NCBI GenBank assembly: GCA_963782055.1
Contig: CAWAIF010000003.1
Location: 3,296,001 to 3,360,000, forward strand
From: an uncultured delta proteobacterium
GTDB taxonomy: Bacteria; Myxococcota_A; Polyangia; Polyangiales; Polyangiaceae
Reading direction: 5' to 3'
Length of the DNA stretch: 64,000 nt
In this document: positions 48,911 to 61,300 of the stretch, one piece after another
Layout of the letters: every line of letters begins with the position of its first letter
Position numbering within the stretch: the stretch's first letter is position 1
The notes under the pieces: model-generated
The model's input: the letters and a program-made list of their open reading frames with translations, nothing else
Databases searched by the model: none
What the model was told of the DNA's origin: nothing
Program-made: the position numbers and the translations under genes

Positions 48911-49795
48911 TCACATCAACTTGTCGAGCAGCCGGTCCAGCGCGTCCAGGTCCGCGTAGGGGATCGCCACCTCGCCGCGGTTGCCGCGATCGCGCACGAG
49001 CACCTTGGTGCCGAGCGCGCGCGAGAGGCGCGTCTCCAGGTCGCGCACGCTGGCCGCCTTCGCCGCCTCGCGCTCCTTCTGGCCGGTCACCGCCGCCTTC
49101 TTCGCGCCGCGCACCAGCGCCTCGGTCGCGCGGACGTTGAGCTTGCCGCGCAGCACGCGCTCGGCGAGCGCCTCGATGGCGTGCGCGCTCTCGGCGCCCA
49201 GCAGGGCGCGCGCGTGCCCCTCCGAGAGCTCGCCGGTCACCACCTTCGCCCGGACGCCCGCCGGCAGCTTCAAGAGGCGCAGGCTGTTGGCGATGGTCGT
49301 GCGGTCCTTGCCGAGGCGCTTCGCGAGCGCCTCCTGCGTGTAGCGCGACTCCTTCACCAGGCGGTCCAGCGCCTCCGCCAGCTCCACCGGGTTGAGGTCT
49401 GCGCGCTGCACGTTCTCGATGAGCGCCAGCTCGAACGCCGCCTGCGGCGAGACGTCCTTGACGACGACCAGGACCTCCTTGAGGCCCGCCTTCTGCGCCG
49501 CGCGCCACCGGCGCTCGCCGGCGATGATCTCCAGCCTGTCCGTCGCGCCGAGGCGCCGCACCACCAGCGGCTCGATGAGCCCATGCTCGCGGATGGACTG
49601 CGCGAGCTCCTCCAGCGCGTGCGGGTCGAAGTGCTGGCGCGGCTGCCCGCGCTGCGGCACCACCTTCTCGATGGCGCAGGAGAAGACGCTCCGGTCGCCA
49701 TAGCCGCTCGCCTTCGGCGGGTGCGTGGGCAGCAGGGCGTCCAGGCCCATGCCCAGCGCGCGGCGCTTGCTCGCCGCCGCGGGCTTGTCAGCCAT
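48911..49795 (-). CDS. parB: Chromosome partitioning protein ParB/Spo0J
   Basis: ALG.GLDALL, QPRQHF, IIAGERRWRA, ENVQR.DLNPVE, TIANSLRLL, GHARALL. Confidence 0.96.
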   Translation of the reverse strand: MADKPAAASKRRALGMGLDALLPTHPPKASGYGDRSVFSCAIEKVVPQRGQPRQHFDPHALEELAQSIREHGLIEPLVVRRLGATDRLEIIAGERRWRAAQKAGLKEVLVVVKDVSPQAAFELALIENVQRADLNPVELAEALDRLVKESRYTQEALAKRLGKDRTTIANSLRLLKLPAGVRAKVVTGELSEGHARALLGAESAHAIEALAERVLRGKLNVRATEALVRGAKKAAVTGQKEREAAKAASVRDLETRLSRALGTKVLVRDRGNRGEVAIPYADLDALDRLLDKLM

Positions 49796-50603
49796 GGATC
49801 AGCTCCTTGGCGAGCGCGAGGTAGCCCTGCGCCCCCTTGGACTGCGCGTCGTAGAGCAGCGCCGGCTTGCCGTGCGACGGCGCCTCCGACAGACGCACGT
49901 TGCGCGGGATGACCGCGTCGAACACGCGGAAGTGGCGGCGCACCTCGTCGGCGACCTGATGCGCGAGGTTGTTGCGCGGGTCGAACATCGTCAACACGAT
50001 GCCCTCCACCTCCAGCGCGGGGTTGGTGCTCCCCTTGACGCGGTCGATCGTCGCCATCAGGTGGGTGAGGCCCTCCAGCGCGTAGTACTCGCACTGCAGC
50101 GGCACCAGCACGCAGCTCGCCGCGGTGAGCGCGTTGACGGTGAGCAGCCCGAGCGAGGGCGGGCAGTCGATGAACACGTACTCGTAGCCGCGCTCGGCGA
50201 GCACCGGCTGGAGCACCTTCTTCAGCTTGAAGGCGCGGTCGGCGTCGTCCACCAGCTCCAGCTCGGCGGCGACGAGGTCCTGCGTGGAGGGCGCGACGTC
50301 CAGGCTCTCGATGTCCGTCGGCCGGATCACCTCGGCCAGCGGGAGGCGGCCGATGAGTGCATCATACACGCTCTTCTCGACCGTCCGCGGGCGCACGCCC
50401 ACGCCGGAGCTGGCGTTGCCCTGCGGGTCCATGTCGATGAGCAGCGTGCGGCGCTCCGCCGCGGCGACGCTGGCGGCCAGGTTCACCGCGGTGGTGGTCT
50501 TGCCGACGCCGCCCTTCTGGTTGACGACGCAGATGACCCGCGGCGCGCCCTTGGCGTTGCTGCGTGTGGAGGAGCGGGGCGCGGCCATCGGCGCGGCTTG
50601 CAT
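49788..50603 (-). CDS. parA: Chromosome partitioning ATPase ParA/Soj (start approximate)
   Basis: NQKGGVGKTTT, DMDPQGNA, IDCPPSLG, QCEYYALEG, IPRNVRLSEAPS. Confidence 0.96.
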   Translation of the reverse strand: MQAAPMAAPRSSTRSNAKGAPRVICVVNQKGGVGKTTTAVNLAASVAAAERRTLLIDMDPQGNASSGVGVRPRTVEKSVYDALIGRLPLAEVIRPTDIESLDVAPSTQDLVAAELELVDDADRAFKLKKVLQPVLAERGYEYVFIDCPPSLGLLTVNALTAASCVLVPLQCEYYALEGLTHLMATIDRVKGSTNPALEVEGIVLTMFDPRNNLAHQVADEVRRHFRVFDAVIPRNVRLSEAPSHGKPALLYDAQSKGAQGYLALAKELIHG

Positions 50604-50680
50604 AGCCCGGCTCCACAAATCTCGCGCGTGTTTTTTGGTCGACCCCAGGGCGAGTAGTATGGTGTCGGCAGATGTAGGAC

Positions 50681-50851
50681 ATGGTGGTCAAAACGATGCG
50701 ACGCAACCTCCTCGATGATGTCTTCCACCCCCGCCACCAGGCGGAGGCCGATCTCGTCGAGAGGGTGCTGCGGGAGGGTTTCTGGGTGCAGCGCGATCCG
50801 GGGAACCGGGGCGCGCGCATCATCCGCATCGACACGCGCCGCGCGCGCTGA
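50681..50851 (+). CDS. Putative 56-aa Arg-rich microprotein (absent from the ORF track)
   Basis: MVVKTMRRNLLDDVFHPRHQAEADLVERVLREGFWVQRDPGNRGARIIRIDTRRAR; mostly G/C third positions; AGGA upstream. Confidence 0.5.
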   Translation: MVVKTMRRNLLDDVFHPRHQAEADLVERVLREGFWVQRDPGNRGARIIRIDTRRAR

Positions 50852-50954
50852 CGCGGCTGGCCGGCGACCACCCGGCGGTTATCGAAGTCCCCCGCGCGCG
50901 CGAGCGCGACGGCCGAGAAGTGCCCAACGACGACACGTGGAGGAGGAACGAATC

Positions 50955-51134
50955 ATGGCTGCCCCCAAGAGCTACCGGAGCATCGAGGAGTTCGAGCGTG
51001 AGGAGCTTCGCTCTCACCTGAAGGTCGGCTTCTCGCTCGACGATCTGCACCAGGAGGCGACGTTCGACTCGAGCGACATGCTCTTCGACGACACCGTCGA
51101 CGAGTACGACCCCGACCAGTTCGACGAAGATTGA
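50955..51134 (+). CDS. 59-aa highly acidic microprotein
   Basis: Strong GGAGGAGG SD; MAAPKSYRSIEEFEREELRSHLKVGFSLDDLHQEATFDSSDMLFDDTVDEYDPDQFDED; GC3-biased codons. Confidence 0.75.
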   Translation: MAAPKSYRSIEEFEREELRSHLKVGFSLDDLHQEATFDSSDMLFDDTVDEYDPDQFDED

Positions 51135-51242
51135 CCGCACCCGCCTCACCCCTCGCTTCCCGCTTCTGCTTGACGTGCTCGGCTCCTCTTCCTCCCGGGA
51201 CGCCCGGTTCGTAACCGGTCGTCCGCTCGGAGCCGAGCCGCC

Positions 51243-51279
51243 GCCCCCGGAGACCGCCTCTCTCCGGGGGCATTTTTTT
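51243..51279 (+). terminator. Rho-independent terminator
   Basis: 11-bp stem GCCCCCGGAGA / TCTCCGGGGGC, 7-nt loop, followed by A and T7. Confidence 0.9.
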
Positions 51280-51310
51280 GTCCTGCGAACGCGCTCGTGA
51301 CGCGGGCCTG

Positions 51311-51339
51311 CTTGACGACGTGAAGCGGCCAAGTATGTT
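51311..51339 (+). promoter_or_regulatory. Candidate sigma70 promoter for tig
   Basis: TTGACG-N16-TATGTT; same architecture as the tRNA promoter at 61914. Confidence 0.55.
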
Positions 51340-51349
51340 GCCCCCTCCC

Positions 51350-52759
51350 ATGCAAGCGACTGTTTCCCGAATTTCCCCGGTGATGATCGAGCTTTCGGTC
51401 GAGGTGCCTGCCGCGACCGTCAAGACCGAGATCGACAAGGCCTACGCGACGCTCTCGAAGAAGGCGCACATCCGGGGGTTCCGTCCCGGCAAGGTGCCCC
51501 GCGACGTGCTCGCGCGCCTCTTCGCTCCGCAGGTCATGAGCGACGTGATGAACGCCCTGGTCAACACCACCTTGCCGCAGGTGCTGACCGAGCAGAACGT
51601 CACGCCCATCACGCAGCCCTCCGTCGAGCCGGGGAAGGTCGCGCAGACCGAGCCCTTCTCCTACAAGGCGCGCTTCGAGGTCACCCCCGAGGTGGAGGAC
51701 GTCAAGTTCGAGGGCTTCGAGCTCTACCGCCCCAAGAACGAGGTGACCGACGCCATGGTGGACGAGGAGCTGGAGGGCATCCGCCAGCGCTTCGCCACCC
51801 TCAAGACGCCCGAGCCGGAGCGTGCATCCAAGGCCGGTGACGTGGTCACCATCGATTTCACCGTCAGCGTGGACGGCGAGGCGGTCAAGGACGGCGGCGG
51901 CCAGGGCGTGCAGATCGAGCTCGCCGCCGGCCAGGCGCTCCCGGAGCTGGACACCGCCCTCACCGGCAAGAAGACGTCCGCGTCGATGGATGTGGAGGTC
52001 ACCTTCCCGGACAACCACCCGCGCGCTGACTTCCGCGGCAAGAAGGGCCTCTTCCACGTGACCCTCACCGACACCAAGGAGCGCGTGCTCCCCGCCCTGG
52101 ACGACGAGCTCGCCAAGGACGCCGGCACCTTCCAGACGCTCGTCGAGCTCCGCGCGGACGTCCACACCCGCCTGGAGAAGGCGATGAAGGACAAGACCGA
52201 GATGGCCCTCGCCGAGCAGATCGTCGAGAAGCTCAACGAGGCCAACCCGGTGGAGGTGCCCCCCTCGCTCGTCGAGCAGCAGGCCCGGGTGATGGAGCAG
52301 GAGGTCGCCCTGCAGGCGCGCCGCATGGGTCAGCGCATCACGCAGGAGCAGCTCGCCGGCATGGCGGAGCGCCTCCACGAGGACGCCGCCAAGAAGGTGC
52401 GTGCCGGCCTGCTGATGGCCGCCATCGCCCGCAAGCTGGACGTCAAGGTCACCGACGAGGACATGGACAAGGGCATGGCCGAGATGGCCGAGCAGTCCGG
52501 CAAGAACATCGCCAAGGTCCGGGCGGAGTACCGCGACAAGCAGAAGCGGGACATGCTCATCGGCATGATCCTGGAGGACAAGATCCTCGACCTGGTCGAG
52601 GGCAAGGCCAAGATCGTCGACGGCGATCCTCCGGCGAAGGCCGAGCCGAAGGCGGAGGCGAAGAAGGACGACGCCAAGGCCGAGGCGAAGAAGGACGAGG
52701 CCAAGCCCAAGGGCAAGGCCAAGAAGAAGGACGAGAAGAAGGAAGAGCAGGCAGGCTGA
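51350..52759 (+). CDS. tig: Trigger factor
   Basis: GFRPGKVP ribosome-binding motif, FKBP-like middle domain, upstream of clpP; KAE-rich tail. Confidence 0.95.
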   Translation: MQATVSRISPVMIELSVEVPAATVKTEIDKAYATLSKKAHIRGFRPGKVPRDVLARLFAPQVMSDVMNALVNTTLPQVLTEQNVTPITQPSVEPGKVAQTEPFSYKARFEVTPEVEDVKFEGFELYRPKNEVTDAMVDEELEGIRQRFATLKTPEPERASKAGDVVTIDFTVSVDGEAVKDGGGQGVQIELAAGQALPELDTALTGKKTSASMDVEVTFPDNHPRADFRGKKGLFHVTLTDTKERVLPALDDELAKDAGTFQTLVELRADVHTRLEKAMKDKTEMALAEQIVEKLNEANPVEVPPSLVEQQARVMEQEVALQARRMGQRITQEQLAGMAERLHEDAAKKVRAGLLMAAIARKLDVKVTDEDMDKGMAEMAEQSGKNIAKVRAEYRDKQKRDMLIGMILEDKILDLVEGKAKIVDGDPPAKAEPKAEAKKDDAKAEAKKDEAKPKGKAKKKDEKKEEQAG

Positions 52760-52835
52760 GCCGGCCTTTTCGGGGGCAGGCCCCGCCATCCGGGGGGCTT
52801 GGCAGCTCCGCGATGCGCCTTACGAGGAGAGGAAC

Positions 52836-53501
52836 ATGTCGATCAAGCGCCCCGAGAACCGCAACCAGGCCGTCGCCACCCTCGAGCGTCACAGGGACTT
52901 CATCCCGTACCCGACGGTCGTCGAGACGACGCACCGCGGCGAGCGCAACTGGGACATCTTCAGCCGCCTGCTCAAGGACCGTATCGTCTTCCTGGGCACC
53001 GAGATCAACGACGACGTCGCCAACATCGTCATCGCCCAGTTCCTCTTCCTGGAGAGCGAGGATCCCGACAAGGACATCATGCTCTACATCAACTCCCCCG
53101 GCGGCGTAATCACGAGTGGTCTCGCGATCTACGACACCATGCAGTACGTACGATCTCAGGTCGCCACGAGCTGCCTGGGCATGGCCGCGTCCATGGCCGC
53201 GGTGCTGCTGACGGCCGGGCAGAAGGGGCGCCGCGCCGCGCTCCCCAACGCCCGCATCATGATCCACCAGCCCCACGGCGGCGCGCGCGGCCAGACGACG
53301 GACATCGAGATCCAGGCCAGGGAGTCCCGCCACCTCAAGGACGTCCTGGTGGAGGTCCTCTCCGACTCGACGGGCAAGTCCAAGGAGCAGATCCACAAGG
53401 ACATCGACCGCGACTTCTGGATGGGCGCGAAGCAGGCCAAGGAGTACGGCCTCATCGACGACGTCATCGCCCCCAAGCCCAAGGGGAGCGGCAAAGAATG
53501 A
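52836..53501 (+). CDS. clpP: ATP-dependent Clp protease proteolytic subunit
   Basis: [30 protein letters not shown]. Confidence 0.97.
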   Translation: MSIKRPENRNQAVATLERHRDFIPYPTVVETTHRGERNWDIFSRLLKDRIVFLGTEINDDVANIVIAQFLFLESEDPDKDIMLYINSPGGVITSGLAIYDTMQYVRSQVATSCLGMAASMAAVLLTAGQKGRRAALPNARIMIHQPHGGARGQTTDIEIQARESRHLKDVLVEVLSDSTGKSKEQIHKDIDRDFWMGAKQAKEYGLIDDVIAPKPKGSGKE

Positions 53502-53530
53502 CGCGCGTCAAATCAGTCTGGGCCGCAAGC

Positions 53531-53559
53531 TTGCCGCCCGCCAAGCAACTGCATACACT
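53531..53559 (+). promoter_or_regulatory. Candidate internal sigma70 promoter for clpX
   Basis: TTGCCG-N17-TACACT. Confidence 0.45.
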
Positions 53560-53598
53560 TTGCTCGTGATGTCACGCTGGATGGAGGCGCCGTAGACC

Positions 53599-54855
<1,257 letters not shown>

Positions 54856-55077
54856 GCCGGCCTGGTCGCGCTGCGTGAGCGCGCCGTTCACGTCGAGGCG
54901 ATCCGACCGTCGGGTCGGCCCGCCACGCTGGGGCGGGACGACACACGCGGTCTGCGCGGTCACGCAGCGCTTTCGCGTGGCGCATCGCCCGGGTGGATCC
55001 GCGCCCCCTTGACGGGCCAGCTTTCCCGCGAGAGCATGCTTGCGACCAGGCGCGTGACGCGGGCCCGGGTGTTGCAC

Positions 55078-55683
55078 ATGGGGGAGTCGATGCTCAACAA
55101 GAGGCCATCTCTACCGCTGCCGAGCGGGGTCACTCTGGCGGACGCCGCCGAGGGCGCGCGCGACGCGGTTCGCCAGTTCCTTTCCCTCCCTCAGGAGGAC
55201 AAGCGCGCCCTGTCGGCGTGGCTGCTCGGTCCTTACCAGCACGCCACACGCTTCAGCCCGAAGGGGATCACCACCCGCCGCGACAGCGTCCCCCCGCCGT
55301 CGGCGCCTCCCGTGGAGCTGCGTCTCGAGGAGGTGGTCGCCGCCGCCAAGCAGGCGCTGGACAGGGCGATCGAGGCTGCCACGAGCGAGCTCGGGGCCGA
55401 GGCGCTGGTGCGTCTGCTGCCGCCGGTGGTCCACGTCGTCCCTGCTCACGACATCTACGGGGCCCGCGGCTACGTGCCGGTGGATGTGCCCGGCCTGCGC
55501 CTCGCCGACAGGGTCCTGGCCCTGCTGGTGTCCGACTTCCTCACGCGCCCGGACGACTTCGTACAGAACGCGCCGCAGCTCCGGCAGCCCGCCGCCTCTG
55601 GCGTGCGGCGCTCGGGCTTCACGCACCGCGTGGACCCGGACCGGGTGCCCACCTTGCCGAAGCTCCCCGCCAGCCGGGGGTGA
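55078..55683 (+). CDS. Hypothetical protein between clpX and lon
   Basis: GC3-biased ORF filling the clpX-lon gap; no recognisable motif. Confidence 0.6.
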   Translation: MGESMLNKRPSLPLPSGVTLADAAEGARDAVRQFLSLPQEDKRALSAWLLGPYQHATRFSPKGITTRRDSVPPPSAPPVELRLEEVVAAAKQALDRAIEAATSELGAEALVRLLPPVVHVVPAHDIYGARGYVPVDVPGLRLADRVLALLVSDFLTRPDDFVQNAPQLRQPAASGVRRSGFTHRVDPDRVPTLPKLPASRG

Positions 55684-55718
55684 CTTGGCGCTAGGGGCAA
55701 GGCGCGGTAAACCACCCG

Positions 55719-58241
55719 GTGATGTTCTTCAAGAACGACGGTGACGGGAAGACCGCCGCCAAGAAGCGCACGCTTCCCCTCCTTCCCCTGCGCGACATCA
55801 TCGTTTTCCCCCACATGGAGAGCCAGCTCTTCGTCGGGCGGGAGCGGTCGATCAACGCGCTCGACGCGGCCATGGCGCAGAGCAAGGAGATCTTCCTCGC
55901 CGCCCAGAAGAACGCGAAGACCAACGAGCCGCAGCCGGAGGACATCTTCCCGGTGGGCACCGTCGGCACGGTCAAGCAGCTGCTGCGCATGCACGACGGC
56001 ACGGTGAAGGTCGTCGTGGAGGGGCGCCGCCGCGCGCGCACCCGCAAGTTCGTCCAGACCGACGAGTACTTCCTGGTGGAGGTGGACGAGATCCCGGAGG
56101 CCTTCGTCAAGAGCGTCGAGGTCGAGGCGCTCATGCGCAGCGTGCAGAGCGCCTTCGAGATGTACGTGAAGCTCAACAAGAAGGTGCAGCCGGAGGTGCT
56201 GATGGGCGTGCAGACCATCGACGACCCGGTGCGCCTCTCCGACACCATCGTCGCCAGCCTGCCCACCATCAAGCTCACCGATCGCCAGCAGCTCCTGGAG
56301 ATGGATGACGCCATCAAGCGTCTGGAGCGCCTGCACGAGCTCATGCAGGCCGAGATCGAGATCCTTCAGGTCGAGAAGAAGATCCGCTCCCGCGTCAAGA
56401 AGCAGATGGAGAAGACGCAGAAGGAGTACTACCTGAACGAGCAGATGCAGGCCATCCAGAAGGAGCTGGGTGGCGGCGATCGCGACGAGTTCAAGAACGA
56501 GCTCCAGGAGATCGAAGAGCAGCTCAAGACCAAGCGGATGAGCAAGGAGGCCGCCGCGAAGGTCAAGAAGGAGATGAAGAAGCTCAAGATGATGCACCCG
56601 ACGAGCGCCGAGGCGACCGTCGTGCGCAACTACATCGACTGGATCCTGGGCTTGCCCTGGTACGACAAGAGCGAGGAGAACTACGACCTCTCCGCCGCCG
56701 AGACGATCCTCGACGAGGACCACTACGGCCTGAAGAAGATCAAGGAGCGCATCGTCGAGTACCTGGCGGTGCAGGCGCTCACCAAGAAGCTGCGCGGGCC
56801 GGTGCTCTGCTTCGTCGGGCCGCCCGGCGTCGGCAAGACCAGCCTCGCCAAGAGCATCGCCCGGGCGACGGGCCGCAAGTTCGTGCGGCTCGCCCTGGGC
56901 GGAGTGCGGGACGAGGCGGAGATCCGCGGCCACCGGCGCACCTACATCGGGGCGATGCCCGGCAAGCTCATCCAGAGCCTGAAGAAGGTGGGCACCAACA
57001 ACCCCGTCTTCTTGCTCGACGAGGTGGACAAGATGTCCAGCGACTTCCGCGGCGATCCCGCGGCGGCGCTGCTGGAGGTGCTCGACAGCGAGCAGAACAG
57101 CACCTTCAACGATCACTACCTGGACATCGACTACGACCTCAGCGACGTGATGTTCATCACCACGGCGAACACCCTCTCGGGGATCCCGGTGCCGCTGCAG
57201 GACCGCATGGAGATCATCCACCTCAGCGGCTACACCGAGTTCGAGAAGCTGAACATCGCGATGAAGTACCTGGTGCCGCGGCAGAAGAAGGACTGCGGCC
57301 TGGACGAGGTGCCCTTCACCATCAGCGAGAGCGCGGTCCGCACCATCATCCACCACTACACGCGGGAGGCGGGCGTGCGCTCGCTCGAGCGCGAGATCTC
57401 CAGCGTGTGCCGGAAGGTGGCGCGCAAGGTGGTGGGGGAGGGGACGCCCGCGGCCGGTGCCGCGCCGCGCGCGCCCGCGGCGATCGACGTGGGCGCCCGG
57501 GACATCCCCACCTACCTGGGCGTCCCCAAGTACCGCGTCGGCAAGAAGGAAGAGCACGACGAGATCGGCATGACCAACGGCCTCTCGGTCACCTCCAACG
57601 GCGGCGGCGAGCTGCTCGCGTGCGAGGTGGCGGTGGTGCCGGGCAAGGGCAAGCTGGTCATCACCGGCCTGCTGGAGAAGGGCATGGAGGAGAGCGCGCA
57701 GGCGGCGATGAGCTACGTGCGATCGCGCGCGACGACGCTCGGCCTGGACGCGGATTTCTACCAGAAGCTGGACGTGCACGTGCACTTCCCGGAGTTCATC
57801 CGCAAGGACGGACCGAGCGCGGGCGTGACCATGGCCACCAGCCTGGCGAGCGCCCTCATCAAGGTGCCGGTGAGGCGCGATCTGGCGATGACGGGCGAGA
57901 TCACCCTGCGGGGACGGGTGCTGCCCATCGGCGGGCTGAAGGAGAAGCTGCTCGCCGCGCACCGGAGCGGGATCACCGTCGTCGTCGTCCCGCGGGAGAA
58001 CCGCAAGGACCTGCGCGAGGTGCCGCGCCGCGTGCTCAAGGCGATGCGCGTCGTGCTCGTCGAGCACATGGACGACGTGCTGCGCGAGGCGCTCTGCCTG
58101 CCCGACCCCGACGCCGTCTTCGGCCCGGCGAAGGACACGATGGAGTACCGGGGCGGCGAGCTGGTGACATCCTCCGGCGGTCGCAAGCCGCCGCCGGTGC
58201 CGCCCGCGGGCGAGCCCAGCCCGGCGCCCGCGCCGGCGTGA
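55719..58241 (+). CDS. lon: Endopeptidase La (Lon)
   Basis: [37 protein letters not shown] (catalytic Ser), GGLKEK (catalytic Lys). Confidence 0.97.
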   Translation: MMFFKNDGDGKTAAKKRTLPLLPLRDIIVFPHMESQLFVGRERSINALDAAMAQSKEIFLAAQKNAKTNEPQPEDIFPVGTVGTVKQLLRMHDGTVKVVVEGRRRARTRKFVQTDEYFLVEVDEIPEAFVKSVEVEALMRSVQSAFEMYVKLNKKVQPEVLMGVQTIDDPVRLSDTIVASLPTIKLTDRQQLLEMDDAIKRLERLHELMQAEIEILQVEKKIRSRVKKQMEKTQKEYYLNEQMQAIQKELGGGDRDEFKNELQEIEEQLKTKRMSKEAAAKVKKEMKKLKMMHPTSAEATVVRNYIDWILGLPWYDKSEENYDLSAAETILDEDHYGLKKIKERIVEYLAVQALTKKLRGPVLCFVGPPGVGKTSLAKSIARATGRKFVRLALGGVRDEAEIRGHRRTYIGAMPGKLIQSLKKVGTNNPVFLLDEVDKMSSDFRGDPAAALLEVLDSEQNSTFNDHYLDIDYDLSDVMFITTANTLSGIPVPLQDRMEIIHLSGYTEFEKLNIAMKYLVPRQKKDCGLDEVPFTISESAVRTIIHHYTREAGVRSLEREISSVCRKVARKVVGEGTPAAGAAPRAPAAIDVGARDIPTYLGVPKYRVGKKEEHDEIGMTNGLSVTSNGGGELLACEVAVVPGKGKLVITGLLEKGMEESAQAAMSYVRSRATTLGLDADFYQKLDVHVHFPEFIRKDGPSAGVTMATSLASALIKVPVRRDLAMTGEITLRGRVLPIGGLKEKLLAAHRSGITVVVVPRENRKDLREVPRRVLKAMRVVLVEHMDDVLREALCLPDPDAVFGPAKDTMEYRGGELVTSSGGRKPPPVPPAGEPSPAPAPA

Positions 58242-58303
58242 CTCGACTCTGAGCGTGTAGAGCGAGTCCTCTACCCGCGCCGGATGGGGTACGACTGGAA
58301 GGC

Positions 58304-61300
58304 GTGAAGTCCGGCTTCGAGGAGGCGCTGGCGCGGGATCTCGCGCCGCTCGGCGACGACGCGGCGAAGGCCACGGCGTTCGTGGTGCGCGGGACGGACG
58401 AGGACGTCCTGGGGCGCGTGGCGGGGGGGAAGCTGCGGCTGAAGGTCCGCGACGCGTGGGGCGCGGAGGGCAGGCGTGCGCTCTTTCTCCTGCTGGAGCA
58501 GGGCGACGCCGGCGTGCTGCGGCGCCTGGGGAGCGTCTGGGCCGCCGCCGCGAAGGGGAGCGGGCACATCCCGGAGCTCGAGGCGGAGCGCTGGGTGGAG
58601 CACGTGGTGTGGGAGTCGTCGGAGCTCTCGCCGAACCACCTCGGCCCGCCGCACACGACCCTCGACGCGCGGATGCTCCCGGACGACGCCGCGTCGTTGC
58701 TGGTGCGCGTGGCGTTGACGCCGGACGAGGATCCGAAGGCCGCCTTCTCCCGCAACTGCTTCGCGACGGCGGTGCTCGCCGCGCCGCACGTGGGGGAGGT
58801 GCTGGTCGCGCACGCGGAGGAGGTGTGTGCGGCGGTCGAGGCGCTCGGCGCGTCGCACCGGGCGACCGCGCTGGAGAGGCTGGAGGCCACCAAGGTCGAT
58901 CCGCTGCCGCTGCTCGCGACGCTCGTGGGGCTCGCGATCGGGGAGGCGAAGACCGTGCGGGTGGCCGCCCTCAAGATGCTCGCGCGCGTCCCGGAGGAGG
59001 CCCGCTCGGCGCTGCGCGCGGCGGCGCTCGACGCGGGACGGCCGGCGGCGGAGCGGACGCACGCGGTGCGGTGCCTCTCGGCGCTGGGGGAGAGTGACGC
59101 GGGCTTCTTCCGCAGGCTCCTCCAGGACGACGCGGCCAAGGCCCTGAAGGACGCCGCGGAGGGCGCGCTGCAGGCGGCGCGCGCCGAGGTGCGCGCGGAG
59201 GTGGGCGACGTGGTGGTCCCGCCGCTGCCGCAGAGCGCCATCACGGCGATCCGGGCGCTCGCCGACGCGTGGGCCACCGAGGCGCCCGCGCGGCTGGCGG
59301 CGCACGCCGCGCGGTTCCCGGCGTTCCGGGCCACCGCGGTGGAGCCGATCACCGAGGAGGAGATCGCCGAGGCCGTGCGCCAGGCCTCCGAGCCCGACCC
59401 GTGGACGCGGGTGCCGGAGTCGGGGCTGGCACGCCTCTTCCGGTCCACCGACTTCCGCGAGGTGCACAGGCTGCTCGCGCGGCCGGACCTTCACCCCGTC
59501 CACGTCGCGCGCCTCTTCCGCATGTTCAATCCGCGGGTGACCGACGAGCACCTCCTGATGCGCCTCGATCCCATCCTGCGCGAGCACCGGGCGCAGGCCC
59601 CGGCTCCGTACCCGCTGCAGACGGTGGAGGTGGCGGCGCGCTACGCGGGGAGCGCGACGCCGCGCGTGGGCATGCTGCTGCTGACGGGGTGGCCCTTCCA
59701 GTGGGGCGAGGAGGTGCAGCGCGCCTACCTGGAGCACAACGTGGACGTGCTGGAGGCGGCGCTCGGCGTGCGGGCGGTGCCCGGCCTGCAGCTCGCGCCC
59801 ATGTACGCCTACTACGCCGGCGACTCCCGCCGGAACGCCCTGGAGCACATCGCGGCGCTGTCGCAGGTCCCCCCGGGCTGCGCCCCGCGGCTCTGGGAGC
59901 TGGCGCTGGAGGGGCCGAAGGCGGAGCGCGCGCCGGCGCAGGCGTGCGTCGCGCGCATCCCGGGCTTCGAGGACAGGCTGCTCGCCGCGATGCACCAGGG
60001 CTCACAGGAGGCGCGCGCGGCGGCGGCGAGGTGGGTCGGCTCCCTGCGGCTGGAGCGCGCGAAGCCGGCGCTGGTGGCGGCGCTGCGCAAGGAGAAGAAG
60101 GACGTCGTTCGCGCCGCGCTCATGGACGCGCTGGAGGCGCTGGGGGAGCCCATCGACGCCTTCGTGGACCGCGCGGGTCTGGCGAAGCGCGCGGAGCAGG
60201 TGCTCTCGAAGGCGGCGTGCCCGGCGCTGGAGTGGCCGGAGATCGCCGCGCTCCCCCCGCTGCGCTGGGGCGACACGGGCGAGGTCGTCGGGGAGCGCGT
60301 GGTCCGCGCGTGGCTCGCCGAGGCGCACAAGCAGAAGAGCCCGGCGGCCTCGCCGGTGATGCGCATCTACGGCCGGTCGCTGCGCGAGGACGACCGGCGC
60401 GCCTTCGCCGAGGCGCTGCTGCGGACGTGGATCGCGCACGACGTGGAGAAGCCCGGCGGCTGGTCGCAGACGGGCTACGACAAGCCGAGCACGGCCATCG
60501 GCGACAAGGGGGTGCTCGCGCTGGTCGCCGCGCTGGGCGGGCGGGAGATCGCGCCTCTCGTCGCCGCGTACCTCCGGGAGTGGTACGGCGTGCGCGCGGC
60601 GCAGTGCAAGGCGCTGGTGCAGATGCTCGCGTGGGTGGAGGACCGCGGGGCGGTGCAGGTGCTGCTCGCGACAGGTACGCGCTTCCGCACCGCGGGGATC
60701 CGCAAGGAGGCGGAGGCGCAGGCGCGCGAGCTCGCCGAGCGCAAGGGCTGGACGCTCGACGAGCTGGCCGACCGCACCGTGCCCACCGCCGGCCTGGACG
60801 ACCGCGGGGAGCTGGAGCTGGACTACGGCGCGAGGCGCTTCCGCGCGCGGCTGGGCGAGTCGCTCGAGCTGGTGCTCACCGACGACACGGGCGCGGTGCT
60901 CAAGGCGCCGCCCGGCCCTCGCAAGGACGAGGACGCGGCCGTCGTGAAGGCGGCACGCGCGGGGTTCGCGCGGTCGAAGAAGGAGCTCGCCACCATCCTC
61001 AAGATGCAGTCCGCCCGCTTCTACGAGGCGATGTGCACGCAGCGCGCGTGGCCCGCCGCCGACTGGAAGGACTTCGTGATGGGGCACCCGGTGCTCTCGC
61101 GGCTGGCGATGGGGGTGGTGTGGTCCGTCGAGGACGGCGGCCGGACGGCGAGCTTCCGCCCGCTGGGGGACGGCGCGCTCTCGGCGGCGGATCACGCCGA
61201 CGTGCCGCTGGGCGACGCGGGCGTCGTGCGCGTGGCGCACCCGGTCCACCTGTCCGACGCCGAGGCGGCGGCGTGGCTGGAGCATCTGCGCGACTTCGAG

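Noticed and set aside
48911..50950. oriC or parS sites near parAB
   Set aside because: No dnaA, DnaA-box cluster, AT-rich unwinding element or good TGTTNCACGTGAAACA match seen; near matches at ~14432 and ~16593 have about six mismatches.
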